64,000 nt of DNA, from contig JAISOS010000007.1 in the NCBI GenBank assembly GCA_031275485.1, forward strand, positions 2,618 to 66,617. Reading direction: 5' to 3'. The notes under the pieces were generated by a model that worked only from the letters and a program-made list of their open reading frames with translations, was not told the DNA's origin and did not search any database. The translations under genes were made by a program, and so were the position numbers. This DNA is from Clostridiales bacterium (GTDB lineage: Bacteria; Bacillota; Clostridia; Christensenellales; JAISNN01). Shown piece by piece: positions 60,568 through 64,000 of this stretch; within the stretch, counting starts at the first letter, position 1, and each line of letters begins with the position of its first letter.

Positions 60568-61334
60568 TGAAATATATTTTAGACAAACGAACAATTGCCG
60601 ACTTTTTAGATGAAAAGAAATATCTAACGAATATTGATATGCAACGAGAATATATTTACAATGATATTCCGCAAGCACAATATTTACTTGATAGTATTCA
60701 GCGCGGAATTCCTACCCCTGCAATTTATTTATGGGATAACGGCGACGGCACATTTGAAGTTTTGGACGGCAAACAACGCATAACAGTTATGCGACTTTAT
60801 AAAAACCCAAGTTATCTACAAGGCACACCACACAATTTATTTTTGCTTGTTGACCACATGGACGATGACGCATTTTTAGGTTATGAAATACCTGTTATTA
60901 TATGCAAAGGCACAGAACCCGAAAAAGTTGAAACTTTTAAGCGTATAAACACAACGGCAATGCCACTTAAAAGATTTGAAATTTTGTCTGCACTATATCA
61001 AGGTATATTTTCAAAACAATTTGGCGATTGGGGCATATCACTATCGCCAACCGAAATTAAATTTTTTGGTGCTGGAAACCGTGGCGATAATTGTATTAAA
61101 GCACTTGAATTATTTTCAAAAGATATTGAAGAGTTTTTTAGGATAAATCGTGATAAAAGTTTTGTTGACGGTCTGCAAAAGAAAATAAACAATTTGGTTG
61201 CGGACACCGTAGCAATCTTTAATGATTATAATGAAGATTGGTATATACTTGCGAAAATTGTGTTAGAGACCCCAACAATAATTGCACAGTGGAAAGCGAA
61301 CAAAGAGAAGATTACTTTGCGATACTTGCAATAA
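60567..61334 (+). CDS. DUF262 (GmrSD/ParB-like) domain protein, possibly C-terminally truncated
   Basis: QREYIY, EVLDGKQR and FKRIN motifs; TAATG coupling to the methylase stop; no HNH seen at the C-terminus. Confidence 0.85.
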   Translation: MKYILDKRTIADFLDEKKYLTNIDMQREYIYNDIPQAQYLLDSIQRGIPTPAIYLWDNGDGTFEVLDGKQRITVMRLYKNPSYLQGTPHNLFLLVDHMDDDAFLGYEIPVIICKGTEPEKVETFKRINTTAMPLKRFEILSALYQGIFSKQFGDWGISLSPTEIKFFGAGNRGDNCIKALELFSKDIEEFFRINRDKSFVDGLQKKINNLVADTVAIFNDYNEDWYILAKIVLETPTIIAQWKANKEKITLRYLQ

Positions 61335-61352
61335 AATTAAGGGGGCGAGATA

Positions 61353-62924
61353 ATGGCGGTTGTAAATGTATTTAGGATAGATAGTAGTAAGGTTGACGAG
61401 TTTAATGAGCATTTGCAAACGCTTGATAACCACCCGACGCAAGCCACTTTTAACAATATTCAATGCAGTTTATATATTAGAAATGAACGAAATCCACGAG
61501 CAATTAAATGGCAGTGGGCGTTAAATGATTTTAACCGAAATGCAATAAACACTTTGACTTTACCTATTGGCATCATTGTTATATCCATTGACAACAACAA
61601 CACCTATGCGATTTCTTTTGGCAGTGCGTTTTATCATATAGATAAATTTTGCGATAAAAACTTTGCTTTTAATGTTGCAAAACGATTACATTATAAAAAG
61701 ATAAATACCACAGCACAAGCAAGCCCAAACACGAATAGAAGTAAAACAATTATATCGTATGTTAACTCTAACTATTTTGAATATGATAGTGGCGAAAGTT
61801 TTTTGAAAATTAAAGGCAAAGTGCAATTAGACGATAATTTTACCTTATTCAAAGAAAATATAGAAATTGGAACTTCTATAAAATTTGATATGACTAACCC
61901 GACTATTACACGGTGCATTGACTTATTAAACTATTTGCAAACGACAATTCTGCCGTTAGACCCTATTACACCGATACCTGTGTTTATTGCGTGTGATACA
62001 ACGGAAAGTGAACAATGTTGGACAAACTTTTTACAACAAATGCATAATAATGATTATGAAATAAGGTTCGCTGATTTTGATATAATAGGAACAGATGAAA
62101 CTTTTTATTCCGCAAATACGCAATATAGATTTAGTTATGGACGACATCACAAAAATATTGAAAATATTTCCCAACAAGAATTACAAACATTTTGCGAAGA
62201 AAACAATCTTAACTATAATGAAGTTTTATTTGATATTGTTATTACCGCTTTTGATAATGAAAGCACAGGACAAAATTATTCTATTGTTAAGTTGATAGAT
62301 TACACCGATAATGATAATAAATGTGTTTTAGTGTGTGGTAAATGGTATAAATATAATGACGATTATTTGAACGCTTTGCACGCACAGATTGCGGAAATAA
62401 ATGTTATTGAGAACGATACTTTTAATTGGAACGAACAAGCATATAGCGATTATATTACTTCTAAAATGCAAACGGAAAATTTAACACAAGAACAAGCAAA
62501 AAAAACTTATTACAATGAACGAGTGTATAACATTTTACAAGCACAAAACAATCAATATGAAAACCACGATAGAGAAATTACGAACAATATTGAGATATGC
62601 GATTTGTATAAGGACAACACAATTTATTCCGTTAAAATTGGCAATACTTCGCCTAAACTTTGTTATGCTATTGACCAAAGTTTGTCCGCAATAAGAGAAA
62701 TACGACAAGGACATTTTGATAATCATACGATTGAAACAATAGGTTTATGGTTCGTGTTAGAACGAAATACACATTTACCGCAAGTAAACGGCAGACCCGA
62801 TTTAACTTCTTCCAGAATGCTTGTATTGAAAAACAAGTTAGCAAATTGGTTAAAAGAAGTTAGACGATTTGGTTATAAAGCCGTAATCAATATTGGATAC
62901 AAAGGAGAACAAAACAATGGATAA
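61353..62924 (+). CDS. DUF6119/TIGR04141-like protein with a putative C-terminal PD-(D/E)xK nuclease
   Basis: YAISFG, DKNFAF, GKWY, YNE and IEICDLY...VKIG...L.YAIDQS pattern. Confidence 0.65.
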   Translation: MAVVNVFRIDSSKVDEFNEHLQTLDNHPTQATFNNIQCSLYIRNERNPRAIKWQWALNDFNRNAINTLTLPIGIIVISIDNNNTYAISFGSAFYHIDKFCDKNFAFNVAKRLHYKKINTTAQASPNTNRSKTIISYVNSNYFEYDSGESFLKIKGKVQLDDNFTLFKENIEIGTSIKFDMTNPTITRCIDLLNYLQTTILPLDPITPIPVFIACDTTESEQCWTNFLQQMHNNDYEIRFADFDIIGTDETFYSANTQYRFSYGRHHKNIENISQQELQTFCEENNLNYNEVLFDIVITAFDNESTGQNYSIVKLIDYTDNDNKCVLVCGKWYKYNDDYLNALHAQIAEINVIENDTFNWNEQAYSDYITSKMQTENLTQEQAKKTYYNERVYNILQAQNNQYENHDREITNNIEICDLYKDNTIYSVKIGNTSPKLCYAIDQSLSAIREIRQGHFDNHTIETIGLWFVLERNTHLPQVNGRPDLTSSRMLVLKNKLANWLKEVRRFGYKAVINIGYKGEQNNG

Positions 62925-63941
62925 AAACGAAATTTTAATTTATCAAACGGAAGACGGAAAGACGAAAGTTGAAGTTGTTTTTGACGGCGATACGGTTTGG
63001 CTTCCGCAAGATAAAATCGCAGAATTATTCGGTTGCACAAGAGCAAATGTTTCTATGCACTTAACAAATATATTTAAGGAAGATGAACTTGATAAAAATG
63101 TGGTATGTAAGAAATCCTTACATACCACTTTGCACGGTGCAATAGATAATAAGACACAAAACCATAATGTGCAGTTTTATAATCTTAATGCTATTCTTGC
63201 GGTTGGTTATCGAATAAACTCTTTGCGTGGTATTCAATTTAGAAAATGGGTAAGTGAAGTTTTAACCGAATATATGAAAAAAGGCTTTGTAATGAATGAT
63301 GAAAAGTTAAAAAATGCTGGCGGTGGCACATATTGGCACGAGTTATTAGAACGCATACGAGATATCAGAAGTAGTGAAAAAGTTTTTTATCGCCAAATTT
63401 TGGATATATACGCAACAAGTATTGATTACAACCCAAAAGCCGAACCCACCATTGAATTTTTTAAGATTATGCAAAACAAAATGCACTTTGCAAGCCACGG
63501 GCACACCGCAAGCGAATTGATTTTTGAGCGAGCGAACGCAGAACTGCCCTTTATGGGCTGACGAGTTTTGCTGGAACAAAGCCACGAGAAAATGAAATTA
63601 CGGTTGCGAAAAATTATTTAACACAAGAAGAAATTACACAATTAAACTCTGTTGTTTCGGCGTATTTAGAATTTGCGGAAAGACAAGCGTTAAAGCGAGT
63701 GCCTATGTATATGAAAGATTGGATAAAGAAGTTAGATGATTTCTTAAAATTATCTGACGATAATATTTTGACAAATGCTGGTAAAATTTCACACGAATTA
63801 GCGGTTAAACACGCCACCGAAGAATATAAAAAATATAAAGCAAAACCCATTGACGAATATACGCAAGTGGAAAAAGATTTTATAGAGCAAGTGAATAAAA
63901 CTTATAAAATGTTGAAGAAAAAGGAACGCCCGAAAAAATAA
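62917..63941 (+). pseudogene. RhuM-family protein, frameshifted
   Basis: ILIYQTEDG, TVWL, YNLNAILAVGYR and RIRDIRSSEK; a 1-base loss at ATGGGCTG (~63555) separates it from LTSF...VAKNYL...MKDW. Confidence 0.88.
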
Positions 63942-64000
63942 ATTACCACGGCAGACTGTCGTCTTCAATCGGCACTAACTCAATTTGGGTTGGTGTTTTT

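Larger units (their letters stand above)
58640..64000. mobile_element. AT-rich accessory/defence island (continues beyond the window)
   Basis: Abrupt shift to AT-rich sequence, switch to plus-strand genes, RM/defence-type cargo and no host REP repeats. Confidence 0.8.

Overview
A chromosomal segment of a spore-forming Clostridia-class bacterium (spoIVA, spoVB-like and spoVE/ftsW present; any finer taxon would be inference). Most genes are on the minus strand. The backbone carries housekeeping genes (rbr, galU, murA, ftsW/spoVE, murD, pgi, rpsF-ssb-rpsR, rpmB, hemW, pyrH-tsf-rpsB, rluD-lspA, sepF-yggS, metG). It also carries a T-box-controlled XRE-cupin/acyl-CoA ligase fusion and an AraC-linked hexuronate/glycoside catabolic cluster. 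Two decaying accessory islands are present: ~43.3-47.8 kb (DUF1016, HTH pseudogene, and a double-HNH plus coiled-coil cassette between ~100-bp direct repeats) and an AT-rich island from ~58.6 kb (EcoRI-family methylase pseudogene, DUF262, DUF6119-like, RhuM pseudogene). The main unexplained signals are four. (1) About 17 copies of a covarying REP-like hairpin with a tail sit in a consistent orientation next to gene ends; some form inverted pairs enclosing other MITE-like elements, of which at least five families occur. (2) Conserved enzymes and even the T-box RNA carry frame-preserving loop expansions. (3) A 30-bp unique insert flanked by a perfect 22-bp duplication interrupts the methylase gene. 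(4) An apparently Ile-specific T-box controls a CoA ligase. All calls come from reading the sequence and ORF track; no database searches were run.
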